Notes: generated from the sequence alone by a model not told the origin. A stretch of 64,000 nucleotides of DNA from an uncultured Chlamydiaceae bacterium (GCA_942490925.1 CALNYX010000017.1:1345159-1409158); one strand, 5' to 3'. Shown: positions 9,094 to 18,048, counted from the first letter of the stretch. Numbers and translations: made by a program.

Positions 9094-9275
9094 GAGCGTG
9101 CCACAAAGGTGGAAACCTTGTCAATAACCCTGTTAGTGGAGTGTCTAAAAACTCGATAGAACTGTTGATAAAATCAGAAGGTGTCAATAACTCACTATTT
9201 ATGTACGCTTGTTGAACAGACCGTGAACAACAAATAAACATAGAGGAATTGGCCGTGTTATCAACATTTCCACAC
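9094..9275. other. Candidate chromosomal replication origin / DnaA-box cluster
   Basis: Five 9-mers lie within 1 mismatch of TTWTNCACA: rc-TGTCAATAA at 9119-9127 and 9182-9190, rc-TGTTGATAA at 9163-9171, TTATCAACA at 9258-9266, and ATTTCCACA at 9266-9274. The cluster sits in the thyX-hemB divergent spacer. Confidence 0.35.
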
Positions 9276-10319
9276 GACTCGAAGAGGAAGAAACAAAGAA
9301 AAGATATATTCTCTTCTTCTTCAGGAAACCTTGAAGTGCTGACACGTCGTCCGCGTCGCAATCGAAAAACAGCGGCAATACGTGCCCTTGTACAAGAAAC
9401 ACGCCTCCACACCTCAGACCTCATCTATCCACTGTTTGTTAAAGAGGGGGCTTGTGAAGAGGTCTCAAGCCTACCTGGTGTTCGAAGACTCAACCTCACA
9501 GCTTTGCTCAAAGAAGTTGAAAGTGCTGTTTCTGCAGGAATTATTGCTATCGCTCTCTTTCCTATTGTCCCAGCTGGAAAAAAAGACATGCTTGGATCGG
9601 AGGCCTTTAACGAAAAAAACATTCTCTTCAAAGCTGTTCGCGAAATTAAAAAGGCCTTTCCTGAAATTTGCGTCATTACAGATGTCGCTTTAGATCCCTA
9701 TACCTCTCATGCGCACGACGGTCTTGTCGATGGATCTGGTGATGTTGAAAACGATAAGACTGTTGAAGCTCTTGCCCGCGCTGCTCTTTTGCAAGCAGAA
9801 GCAGGGGTAGATATGGTTGCCCCAAGTGACATGATGGATGGACGGGTACTTGCCATTAGAAGAGCGCTAGACACAAATGGATTTCAGCACGTTGCGATTC
9901 AGTCCTACACGGCCAAATATGTCTCATCTCTCTATGCACCGTTTAGAGATGCTGTCTCCTCTCGCCTACGCTGGGGGCATAAGCGAACTTATCAAATGAA
10001 TCCCGCCAATCAACGTGAAGCGCTTATTGAGGCAGCCCTCGATGAACAAGAGGGAGCAGATGTTATAATGGTAAAGCCAGCAGGCTTCTACTTAGATGTC
10101 ATTGCTAAAATTCGCGAAAACACAGAGCTCCCGGTCTCAGCCTTTCAGGTAAGCGGGGAATATGCCATGATCCAAGCGGCCTCCAAAAATGGATGGCTTG
10201 ACGAAACGGATGCGTTATACGAAAGCCTCTTGAGCATCAAGCGCGCGGGAGCTGATATGATCTTTACTTACGGCGCATCAAAAATTGCCTCTCTACTTAC
10301 CAGCGGCGCTCTTGATTGA
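9249..10319 (+). CDS. hemB: Porphobilinogen synthase (delta-aminolevulinate dehydratase)
   Basis: Contains RRPRRNRKTAAIRALVQE, VAPSDMMDGRV and IMVKPA blocks. The track start is TTG 9249. GTG 9336 (VLTRRPRRNR) gives a more typical N-terminus and would place the shared element in the 5' leader. Confidence 0.9.
   Translation: MAVLSTFPHDSKRKKQRKDIFSSSSGNLEVLTRRPRRNRKTAAIRALVQETRLHTSDLIYPLFVKEGACEEVSSLPGVRRLNLTALLKEVESAVSAGIIAIALFPIVPAGKKDMLGSEAFNEKNILFKAVREIKKAFPEICVITDVALDPYTSHAHDGLVDGSGDVENDKTVEALARAALLQAEAGVDMVAPSDMMDGRVLAIRRALDTNGFQHVAIQSYTAKYVSSLYAPFRDAVSSRLRWGHKRTYQMNPANQREALIEAALDEQEGADVIMVKPAGFYLDVIAKIRENTELPVSAFQVSGEYAMIQAASKNGWLDETDALYESLLSIKRAGADMIFTYGASKIASLLTSGALD
9255..9322 (+). 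repeat. Shared upstream/leader element, copy A (upstream of hemB)
   Basis: GTGTTATCAACATTTCCACAC (20/21 identical to 18485-18505) is followed by GAAGAGGAA, a purine tract and CTCTTCT. The purine and pyrimidine tracts are largely self-complementary. Confidence 0.6.
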
Positions 10320-12447
10320 TGGTCTCGTAAAGCGGGATTCCTGTCGATGTAAAGTAGCCCGCATCCCTTAGCCAAGCCGCTGAAGCTGATGAATAAACCT
10401 TCTTGCAGCTACGTCTAGAGAAAAAGTCAAACGGGATCTCCAAGAGAATTCCACGGTTGTAATAGGTTTCCCCATGCATCATGTCATGAGCATCTGTAAA
10501 GGTTATCCACCCACCGAAGCGCAAGCCGTTGTCAAAATAGCGCCAAAACTCAAGTCGAGCACCTTTGTCATATGCAAGAAACTGTCCAATGCTAGCCTTT
10601 GTAAAAAGCTGATACTGGGGAAGGTCAAGATAGAGGGTCAAAAAGTATTGCTGAAGCGTAGAGTAGCTTTGATAGGTTGGAGATCTTCCGTCTAGTCGCC
10701 TCAAAGAGTTCTGAAACCCAAAGCCGTGATAGCGCCGTTTTTTAACAACCGCCCCCTCAATTCCAATTGCGCAATAAGAGCGAGCGGGATACCAAAGAAT
10801 CTCGCCCGCAGCGCCCGCATAGTTAACCTGAAAGTAGCCAAGCGCAGCACGGCTGTAAAAACCGTGGCCATTATTAAAGCTCTTCTGCGCGTAAAGCCGG
10901 TTCCAGTTGTAAGAAGACTCAATAAAATAGCGCACCAAATCAGTCGCTACGTTAGGCAACTGAGAGGGATTATAAAAATCAAAGTCTCCCATTTCGTTTG
11001 AGAGGTTTGCCGCCGCTGTATACGTCCCGTGAAAATCATAGAAGATTTTTCCAGGCAGAAATCCCTGAGCAAAAGCATTGATCCCAAGGCTATACTTATA
11101 TTTCCCCGCGCGGCTTCCTAAAAAGGTTTGATAATTTGGAAAAACACCCGCTTTCCACAGGTCGTACCTTCTGTAGAACAGGGTTTTAGAACAGTTTGGG
11201 TTAGGTAGGGTTGGGTTTTGCCGAGGGGTTAAAAGCTCAAATTCATAGGGGCTGATGTGGTGATTGACATAACGGCGTAATAAACCCTTTGAATAGACAT
11301 ATTGCTGACAGGCGAGGCCATGTGATTCGATGATGACGACAACCTCATCGACATTTGAAGGGAGAAGCGCCGCGAGCAGGCTCTGTATGCGTTCGCGAAA
11401 AATGTGCTCATGAATGTAGCAACAGTTTGTCACGCTTAGCCACAATCGACTGGTGCACGACGCCTCCTCTAACCACCCCTGAATAATCTCAAGCCCCTGC
11501 TTTTGAAAGGCGTATTGCATCGACTGGATCATCACATTTTCTGGGCGGTAGCACCCAATGGGCTCATGATCTTTTGGACCGCAGTAAAGCGGTGGATCTT
11601 TTGTTTTTGGAAAAAAGCCCTCCGTCTTTCCCCAGTTGTAATTCAGTTCGCTACTGATGGTCAGCTCCTCGCCACGCACCTGGCCAATAGAGATTCCTAG
11701 AAGATCTCCATAGGTATATTTTGCGCCAAAGTTTACAGGAGAGCTCGTCGATCTTCCGTGCGGATTTGGCTCTCGCTCAGGATTCGTGTAGTCCACGGGG
11801 TCGTACTCAGCACAAAGCCCTAGTCCGCGCTTCCATTTGTTGTTCGACTCCCACCACGGGAACCATGAAATTCCACCAAAGACGCCACGAGAAGGGCCGA
11901 GCGTGTAGCGTCCCGCACCCCAGCCAAGAGATGTTTCAAGCCCAATTTGTCTCCACACTTGTGTGCCGACAAAAAAGTAGGTAGTAAACTTCTTTGACCC
12001 CATAAAATCTTCTATTCCAAAAGCAAAGCCTGGCAATTGGTAGAGGCTCTCTTCAGGGGTTAGCAGCCCTATTTTAAAGTTTGCCCCTCGATCTGCGTAG
12101 TCGCCAAACCCAAAAGGTGAAAGCCCCGAATCTTCTACACCGCGAAAAACGCGGTAATTAACCGAGAGTTCAACACGCGGGATCGGCTGAACGCGCGCGT
12201 TCCAGTTGAGGTAGGGTGGTACATCTGCAACACCAAGTCCGATCGAGCCCTCTGGGGTCATGCGCGCAGAGGGCGTTGTAAAATAACCAGTCGACAAAAT
12301 GTTGCTGTAGGTAACAGGAAAACGCTCTTCAAGCTTCTTATCAAAATGACGCGCGGTCTCTAAGTCGCGCATGAGCGCAGCAAAATCAGTTTGCGCATAC
12401 AAGACAAGGGGACACAGAATTAATAGGAATCTTAAAAAATAACGCAT
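10297..12447 (-). CDS. Putative outer-membrane beta-barrel protein
   Basis: 716 aa with a signal peptide (MRYFLRFLLILCPLVLYAQ), a Gly/Tyr/Phe/Trp-rich composition with alternating hydrophobicity, and a C-terminal aromatic residue (ERRW). I could not confidently assign a family. Confidence 0.55.
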   Translation of the reverse strand: MRYFLRFLLILCPLVLYAQTDFAALMRDLETARHFDKKLEERFPVTYSNILSTGYFTTPSARMTPEGSIGLGVADVPPYLNWNARVQPIPRVELSVNYRVFRGVEDSGLSPFGFGDYADRGANFKIGLLTPEESLYQLPGFAFGIEDFMGSKKFTTYFFVGTQVWRQIGLETSLGWGAGRYTLGPSRGVFGGISWFPWWESNNKWKRGLGLCAEYDPVDYTNPEREPNPHGRSTSSPVNFGAKYTYGDLLGISIGQVRGEELTISSELNYNWGKTEGFFPKTKDPPLYCGPKDHEPIGCYRPENVMIQSMQYAFQKQGLEIIQGWLEEASCTSRLWLSVTNCCYIHEHIFRERIQSLLAALLPSNVDEVVVIIESHGLACQQYVYSKGLLRRYVNHHISPYEFELLTPRQNPTLPNPNCSKTLFYRRYDLWKAGVFPNYQTFLGSRAGKYKYSLGINAFAQGFLPGKIFYDFHGTYTAAANLSNEMGDFDFYNPSQLPNVATDLVRYFIESSYNWNRLYAQKSFNNGHGFYSRAALGYFQVNYAGAAGEILWYPARSYCAIGIEGAVVKKRRYHGFGFQNSLRRLDGRSPTYQSYSTLQQYFLTLYLDLPQYQLFTKASIGQFLAYDKGARLEFWRYFDNGLRFGGWITFTDAHDMMHGETYYNRGILLEIPFDFFSRRSCKKVYSSASAAWLRDAGYFTSTGIPLYETINQERRW

Positions 12448-12469
12448 CAGTCAAAACGGGAAAGAATAC

Positions 12470-13807
12470 TCAGAAACCCATTTCTTTGGAATAACGATGA
12501 AGGCCTTGCTTCACAATCTCTACCATTTCAATCTTGGAGGGGCAGATGAATGTGGGGAGCGCGAAGTCTTCCGGGGCAACCTCTAAAAGCCCGAGCTGCT
12601 CGGCAAGCTCATAATCTTCGGCTAAAATTGCCTTCACGAGATGCATGGTTGGGATGCGCATGGGCATCACTTTGTTGTAAATTGCGCCATCAATAAAAGC
12701 ACGCTCTTCACCGTGCTGGTTTGTTGTAAAGCGGATCTTTTTGGATGTAAAGAGGCTTGACACATAAGCTCGTGTTGCCGAAAACTTGCCAAACCCAATG
12801 CGCAGAAAGTGAAACATTTGACGCTTGGTGTTCACAGGAATCACCGAAAAAGCTGTGTGGTAAAAGCCTAAAAACTCCCGCTCTTCAATCTTGCTTCCGG
12901 TTAGTGGGTCGCCGGAAATAAATGTAAGGAGCTGCTGAGTGAGGCGGCCAGCTGAAAGCCCTTCAAAAGAGTGGCCCGCCCGACCGCTGTAAAAGCCCGG
13001 CTTGCTAACGCCGTCTCCCCCTAGGCCAATAATGCGCTTGGTAAAGTAGCGCCCCTCTTTAACCATCATGCCAACTGTAATCACATCTACAACCGAAAGG
13101 GTCCATACGACCTCTTCGTGGTTTTGAATCGGTGAAATTTTGTGAATGTGAAGCGAAGCGCTCCCAATTGGGTTTGGGCCACGAGCTGTATGTTTCTCAA
13201 CTCCTTGGGCCGAGAGAAATGCATCGCAGTCACTTTTCTCGTTGTAGACAAGATGTGTTGGAGCAAGGGTTGCCAAGGCTTCTAGGCCCGCCTGAAAATG
13301 CGACTCGTTTCCAGATACTTGCATTTCTGCAGGAGGAACAAAGGGTTGTGATTCAATTGCTTTTACAAAGATCGCCCTCGGCTTTTTGTGTGGGGAGGCG
13401 ACAAGGTCAAATGGCCGCATCCGAATGTGAGGAAAAAGTCCACGCTCCATAAAAAAAGTGAGCAGGTCTTCTTTGGAGCTTCCTTTGTAGGGGGTCGCTG
13501 GTTCGCTCTGCTCGCTATCTGCAACATCGATAACAATGTCAAGAAGCCTTCTTTTAAGGCCGCGACGGATTTCGGCAACGGTGCCGCCGGCGGGTGAAAC
13601 AAAACGCTGCCCCGCAATTGTTTTGCTTTCAACAAGCGGTTGTCCAATGTTTACAGAATCGCCAACACGAACAAGCACTTTAAATCGAATGTCGTCAAAT
13701 GGGTCAAGGTTAAGCGCTAGCTGTTTGGGCTTGGGAAGGGGCTGGACATCCCCGCTTGGACTGTTGCCCATGGGAAGCGAAAGGCCTTTTTTTGTGCGAA
13801 TTCTCAT
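12470..13807 (-). CDS. nqrA: Na+-translocating NADH:quinone oxidoreductase subunit A
   Basis: 445 aa. The N-terminus MRIRTKKGLSLPMGNSPSG and the overall length are typical of NqrA. It neighbours hemB as I recall for Chlamydiaceae. Confidence 0.85.
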   Translation of the reverse strand: MRIRTKKGLSLPMGNSPSGDVQPLPKPKQLALNLDPFDDIRFKVLVRVGDSVNIGQPLVESKTIAGQRFVSPAGGTVAEIRRGLKRRLLDIVIDVADSEQSEPATPYKGSSKEDLLTFFMERGLFPHIRMRPFDLVASPHKKPRAIFVKAIESQPFVPPAEMQVSGNESHFQAGLEALATLAPTHLVYNEKSDCDAFLSAQGVEKHTARGPNPIGSASLHIHKISPIQNHEEVVWTLSVVDVITVGMMVKEGRYFTKRIIGLGGDGVSKPGFYSGRAGHSFEGLSAGRLTQQLLTFISGDPLTGSKIEEREFLGFYHTAFSVIPVNTKRQMFHFLRIGFGKFSATRAYVSSLFTSKKIRFTTNQHGEERAFIDGAIYNKVMPMRIPTMHLVKAILAEDYELAEQLGLLEVAPEDFALPTFICPSKIEMVEIVKQGLHRYSKEMGF

Positions 13808-13829
13808 GTAGAAAGACTATAGTCTCCGC

Positions 13830-14234
13830 CTACAATTGCATCCAATCTTTTCTTTTAACGAGCTTGCGCTTTTTCTTTTTCTTTGGCGGCTCAGCCTTGG
13901 TTTCATGTGCTGTCCCGTCGACTGAACTTAGGGCTCTTTGTTTAAACCCTTCACACTCTTGCTTTACCTTCTGTAAGGCGTCCCACTGCTCTTTTGTGAA
14001 ATTGTCAGGGTTAGATCCATAGGCGTCAAGCTCCTCGGGAGACATGCCCATTTCATCATAGATCTCTTGAGCCTGCTCATTAAGCTCGTCCAGTTTTTCA
14101 CGGGTTTTAGAAATAGCTTCCGCATAATCTACAACCTCATCATCATTAGGCGTTAGTGAGTCTGGCTCCAACTCTATATTGTAGAGCTTTAAAATCTCTT
14201 CAACCGACTTGTACAACTCTTCTTCTTTTCCCAT
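13830..14234 (-). CDS. Small acidic protein with basic C-terminal tail, hypothetical
   Basis: 134 aa, Glu/Asp-rich, ending in KKKKKRKLVKRKDWMQL. It sits between nqrA and greA, where Chlamydiaceae also carry a small hypothetical ORF. Confidence 0.6.
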   Translation of the reverse strand: MGKEEELYKSVEEILKLYNIELEPDSLTPNDDEVVDYAEAISKTREKLDELNEQAQEIYDEMGMSPEELDAYGSNPDNFTKEQWDALQKVKQECEGFKQRALSSVDGTAHETKAEPPKKKKKRKLVKRKDWMQL

Positions 14235-14289
14235 GTTTTTAAGTATACTAAAAAAAACTTAACTCTTACAGGTTTCTATTGCTCTTTTT

Positions 14290-14318
14290 TTAACAAGGGG
14301 GTATATTTTCCCTATACT
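14290..14318 (+). promoter_or_regulatory. Sigma-70/66-type promoter candidate for greA
   Basis: TTAACA (14290-14295), a 17-nt spacer, then TATACT (14313-14318), about 20 nt upstream of the greA ATG at 14339. Confidence 0.35.
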
Positions 14319-14338
14319 ATTACAAAAAGGGACACAAA

Positions 14339-16492
14339 ATGAGTTACTTGGAGGAGTTTCAACGGCTTCTGGGGGAAGAGAAGCTAACCCCATTTTTGAA
14401 AATGTGGGAAGAGTACTGCCTAGCGGATCAGGTAGATGGTGTTGAGTTGGGTATTATTCTCAATATGATCAAGGATTCCGTCTTAGCAAAGTCTTTTGGG
14501 CAAGTGGCTGAAACTGTGCTTCCTTTGTGGGAAAGGATCAAGGAAGAGGATGTGGCGAATAATATTTTGCGACTAACCGTTGATCTCCAAACCACCAATT
14601 CACCCCTTCTGGCTGATTTGTCAACTCACTACCTAACAACACATTACGGGGAAGAAGAGAATCACGCAGAAAAGATGCGTATCGTTGGTCTTCGTTCTCG
14701 ACACTCCTTTAAGGGGGCTATTACCAACTACGGGCTTCTTTCTCACATGAACAAGGGTAATTTTGTCTTTCACACGGGCGGCTGGGGAGCTGGCGAGGTT
14801 ATGGATATCTCGTTATTGCAAGAACATGTGCTTCTGGAGTTTGAGGGTATTGGAGCACTTAAAGACCTCTCCTTTGAAAATGCGTTTAAACATCTTATCT
14901 ACCTTCCTTCAGACCACTTTCTGGCGCGTCGCTTCGGTGACCCCGACAAATTAGAAGCAGAGGGGCGCGAAGACCCAGTTGCATTGATCCACCTTTTATT
15001 AAGAGACTTAGGGCCTAAAACAGCACAGGAAATCAAAGAGGAGCTCTGCGAGCTTGTGATTCCCGAGCCAGACTGGTCAAAATGGTGGCAGACAACTCGA
15101 ACAAAACTGAAGAAGGACACCAAAATTCTCTCTCCTAAGTCAACCAAGCAGCCGTTTGTGTTGCGAGAGGAGGGTATCCCCCACGATGTACAATTCCTTG
15201 AGGCTCTTAAGAGCGCCAAATCTATCGACGCTCTGATTCAAACGGCCTATCATTTTGTGCGAGATTTCTCCGAGGTTCTGAAAAACGACTCTGTGAAATC
15301 AGAGTTAAAAGAGCGCCTAATGGGGGGGTTAGAGGGAGACCCGGCGGTTCCAGCTGCCAGTTTAGCGCGCAAGATCCAAATCTCTTTTCTGTTGGAAGAT
15401 ATTTTTCCTCAAGAGTTTCCCCAGGCTGCAACCAGCCTGGTTCAGTCTGTGGACAACCTAGAAGAAATGCTGGGTTTAGTTGATATTTTGGCGTTTAAAA
15501 AACGTGTCTTAATAACCGTCCACCAATCTCGAGAAGATTGGGAGCAGATCTTTTTACAACTTCTGTTTGTCGTCGACCAAAACCCTCTTAGAGACTACAT
15601 ATTTAGAGAGTTAAGCAGCTCATCCCCAGAGTTGATAAAAGGCAAAATCAACGAACTCCTTCACAACATGAACCTCTATCCCGAAGCCTTTTTCTGGTAT
15701 TTTCAAAAAGTTATCGGGAAAGATGAGGTGCCTCTTAATGACCAAGAAAACCGCTACAAGTTTTTAGAAGCCTTCTTAATCTTGCTTCATTACATCGAAG
15801 AGAATGCAGACTACAGGGATCTTGCAAAAAAAATGTACACCCTAATGGTTGCTAAGCGCTACGCGACAATCCGCGCGCTGATTGAAGGGGGATCTATTCC
15901 ATTTTTGAAGGAGTTCTTGTTACTAGCAAGTAAGTGCAGCAGCTTTTCTAAACAAGACCTACGCATTTTCCGCTCCCTGGCAGAGGTTGTCCAGCCTACC
16001 CTTGCAGAAAAGAAAAAAGCCGATCCTAATGATGAGGTGATTTGGACCACGGTTGATGGGTACCAAAAGCTACAAAAGCGCATTCAAGAGATCGGCACCG
16101 TTGAGATGATTGATAATGCACGTGAAATTGAAGCTGCCAGAGCACACGGTGACTTACGTGAAAATGCAGAGTATAAATTTGCTCTTGAGAGGCGATCTCG
16201 CCTACAGGCTGAGCTTCAAATGCTTTCCCGCCAACTCAACAAAGCGCGTATTTTAACCAAAGATGACATGGTCAAAGATGAAGTTGGTCCTGGAACAGTC
16301 GTTGAGGTAAAAAAGGGTGATGGTAAAAAAGAGCAGTTCACACTTCTTGGTCCTTGGGATGCTGACCCCGAGCAAAACATTCTCTCATTCCAATCAAAAT
16401 TTGCACAGGCGATGATAGGACATAGGACTGGAGATTCTTTTGATTTCCAAGGAAATCACTACTCCATCCAAGCGATCAATAGTTTTATCTAA
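14339..16492 (+). CDS. greA: Transcription elongation factor GreA with approximately 560-aa N-terminal extension
   Basis: The C-terminal approximately 155 aa are GreA-like (AREIEAARAHGDLRENAEYKFALERRSRLQAELQML...). The long N-terminal extension is the form I recall for Chlamydiae. Confidence 0.85.
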   Translation: MSYLEEFQRLLGEEKLTPFLKMWEEYCLADQVDGVELGIILNMIKDSVLAKSFGQVAETVLPLWERIKEEDVANNILRLTVDLQTTNSPLLADLSTHYLTTHYGEEENHAEKMRIVGLRSRHSFKGAITNYGLLSHMNKGNFVFHTGGWGAGEVMDISLLQEHVLLEFEGIGALKDLSFENAFKHLIYLPSDHFLARRFGDPDKLEAEGREDPVALIHLLLRDLGPKTAQEIKEELCELVIPEPDWSKWWQTTRTKLKKDTKILSPKSTKQPFVLREEGIPHDVQFLEALKSAKSIDALIQTAYHFVRDFSEVLKNDSVKSELKERLMGGLEGDPAVPAASLARKIQISFLLEDIFPQEFPQAATSLVQSVDNLEEMLGLVDILAFKKRVLITVHQSREDWEQIFLQLLFVVDQNPLRDYIFRELSSSSPELIKGKINELLHNMNLYPEAFFWYFQKVIGKDEVPLNDQENRYKFLEAFLILLHYIEENADYRDLAKKMYTLMVAKRYATIRALIEGGSIPFLKEFLLLASKCSSFSKQDLRIFRSLAEVVQPTLAEKKKADPNDEVIWTTVDGYQKLQKRIQEIGTVEMIDNAREIEAARAHGDLRENAEYKFALERRSRLQAELQMLSRQLNKARILTKDDMVKDEVGPGTVVEVKKGDGKKEQFTLLGPWDADPEQNILSFQSKFAQAMIGHRTGDSFDFQGNHYSIQAINSFI

Positions 16493-16547
16493 GGGGCCCC
16501 TTAAAGATGATTGAACTAACCTCCTGCAGATTATTCAGAGGCTTCCC

Positions 16548-17159
16548 ATGAATCTTGACCGCCTTCTCATAGCCTCGACAAATGGCCACAAAATTCGTGA
16601 GATTCGCTCAGCGCTTTCTCATCTGAAAACATGTGATATTTATTCACTACTCGACTTTCCAGACTTTGTGCCTCCCGTAGAAGATGGAGAGACTTTTGAG
16701 GCTAATGCCAAGCTCAAGGCCGTCAAGGCCGCAACAGAGTTAAATATGTGGGTAATTGCCGATGATTCGGGTCTTGTTGTTCCCGCTTTACAAGGAGCTC
16801 CTGGTGTTTATTCTGCCCGTTATGCCGGCGAGAATGCAACTGATAAAGAGAACCGAAAAAAACTGCTCGCTGAAATGGCTTCTCTAGAAAATGGTTTGCG
16901 TAGCGCTTTCTTTGAATGTTGCCTCGTTCTAGCTCGACCAGATGGAAGCATCAAGAAGTGCGCTAAGGGAATTTGCGAAGGTATCATTGTTGAGCGTGAG
17001 CGCGGAGGGTCTGGCTTTGGCTATGACCCGTTGTTTGTTAAGCATGAGTATAATCAAACATTCGCGGAGCTTGGCGAGACACTGAAAAATCAGATCTCTC
17101 ACCGTGCCAAAGCACTTTCTAAACTGACTCTCTACTTAGATGGAGAGAGTTCTCGATAG
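16548..17159 (+). CDS. rdgB: Non-canonical purine NTP pyrophosphatase (Ham1/RdgB family)
   Basis: Family blocks are present: ASTNGHKIREI, IADDSGL, GFGYDPLF and SHRAKA. Confidence 0.85.
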   Translation: MNLDRLLIASTNGHKIREIRSALSHLKTCDIYSLLDFPDFVPPVEDGETFEANAKLKAVKAATELNMWVIADDSGLVVPALQGAPGVYSARYAGENATDKENRKKLLAEMASLENGLRSAFFECCLVLARPDGSIKKCAKGICEGIIVERERGGSGFGYDPLFVKHEYNQTFAELGETLKNQISHRAKALSKLTLYLDGESSR

Positions 17160-17350
17160 GCTGATTCAAGCTTACCCCTCACTTCATGCATCAATGAAAA
17201 AGCATAGTCAACCTGAGCTTGCATTTCCTCAAGCTGTTTCATTGCCTGAGAGGGTTGCATTGCATCGAGGTTTTGTACGCTCTCCATTGAGGCCTGTCTT
17301 TTTGAAGTCAGGCGGCTTGTTGCTTGTAGTCCGCTAATTTCTTCACTCAT
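17132..17350 (-). CDS. Small coiled-coil protein with FliE-like termini, hypothetical
   Basis: 72 aa. Its ATGA start/stop overlap with ung (17347-17350) suggests co-translation. The N-terminal ISGLQAT and C-terminal EVRGKLESAYRELS resemble FliE ends (ISQLQAT ... VRNKLVxAYQE). The competing + strand ORF 17140..17337 has no such support. Confidence 0.45.
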   Translation of the reverse strand: MSEEISGLQATSRLTSKRQASMESVQNLDAMQPSQAMKQLEEMQAQVDYAFSLMHEVRGKLESAYRELSPSK

Positions 17351-18048
17351 GGGATCATCCAGTCAATAGGTTGCTTACCTTGTCTTTTAAGCAGATCATT
17401 GATTTTTGAAAAGTGTCGTGATCCAAAAAAACCAGAATGCGCTGCATAAGGCGAGGGATGAGGAGAGGTCAACACATGGTGACGCTCTGTTGTTTTATCG
17501 AGAATCGCACGGCACTTCTCTTGAGCTGATTTTCCCCACAACACAAAGATTACTGGATCCCGGCGAGCGCAGAGCGCCTCAATGACAGCATCGGTGAATT
17601 GCTCCCACCCCTTTCCATAGTGAGATTTTGGATTACTAGCCCGCACAGTAAGCGTTGCATTAAGCATCAACACCCCTTGGCTTGCCCAAGATGTTAGACA
17701 TCCATGGGTTGGCGGCTCTATTCCCAAATCGTCTTGTATCTCTTTGAAAATATTTTTTAGTGATGGGGGCTGCCGTATTTCTTTGGCCACACTGAAACTT
17801 AGTCCGTGGGCCTGTTTTTCGCCGTGGTAGGGATCTTGTCCCATGATGACGACTTTTACCTTGCTATAAGGAGTATGGGAAAAGGCGTTAAACACCTCTT
17901 TTGGTGGAGGGTAGACAGGATATAAAGCTCGTTCTTGCGCAACAAATTCAGCAAGCTCTTTTAAATAAGGTTTTGACCATTCATTTTTCAAAACCTCTTT
18001 CCAAGACTCTTCAAGTTGTGGGGGTGGTAGAATAGCCATAGGAAACAA
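17347..18048 (-). CDS. ung: Uracil-DNA glycosylase
   Basis: Family-1 UDG blocks are present: GQDPYHG, LLNATLTV and HPSPYAA. Confidence 0.9.
   Translation of the reverse strand: MFPMAILPPPQLEESWKEVLKNEWSKPYLKELAEFVAQERALYPVYPPPKEVFNAFSHTPYSKVKVVIMGQDPYHGEKQAHGLSFSVAKEIRQPPSLKNIFKEIQDDLGIEPPTHGCLTSWASQGVLMLNATLTVRASNPKSHYGKGWEQFTDAVIEALCARRDPVIFVLWGKSAQEKCRAILDKTTERHHVLTSPHPSPYAAHSGFFGSRHFSKINDLLKRQGKQPIDWMIP

Noticed and set aside
9086-9106. Sigma-54-like promoter on the minus strand just upstream of thyX (TGGCACGctcTTGCT), of interest because rpoN lies in the window.
   Set aside because: The GG-to-GC spacing is one nucleotide shorter than the strict -24/-12 consensus (TGGCACG-N4-TTGC). The site also overlaps the DnaA-box cluster. 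It is worth a promoter scan but is not supportable by eye.
16489-16506. Perfect palindrome TAAGGGGCCCCTTA right after the greA stop.
   Set aside because: It has no usable loop and no T-run. It probably has no terminator function and may be coincidental (it contains GGGCCC).
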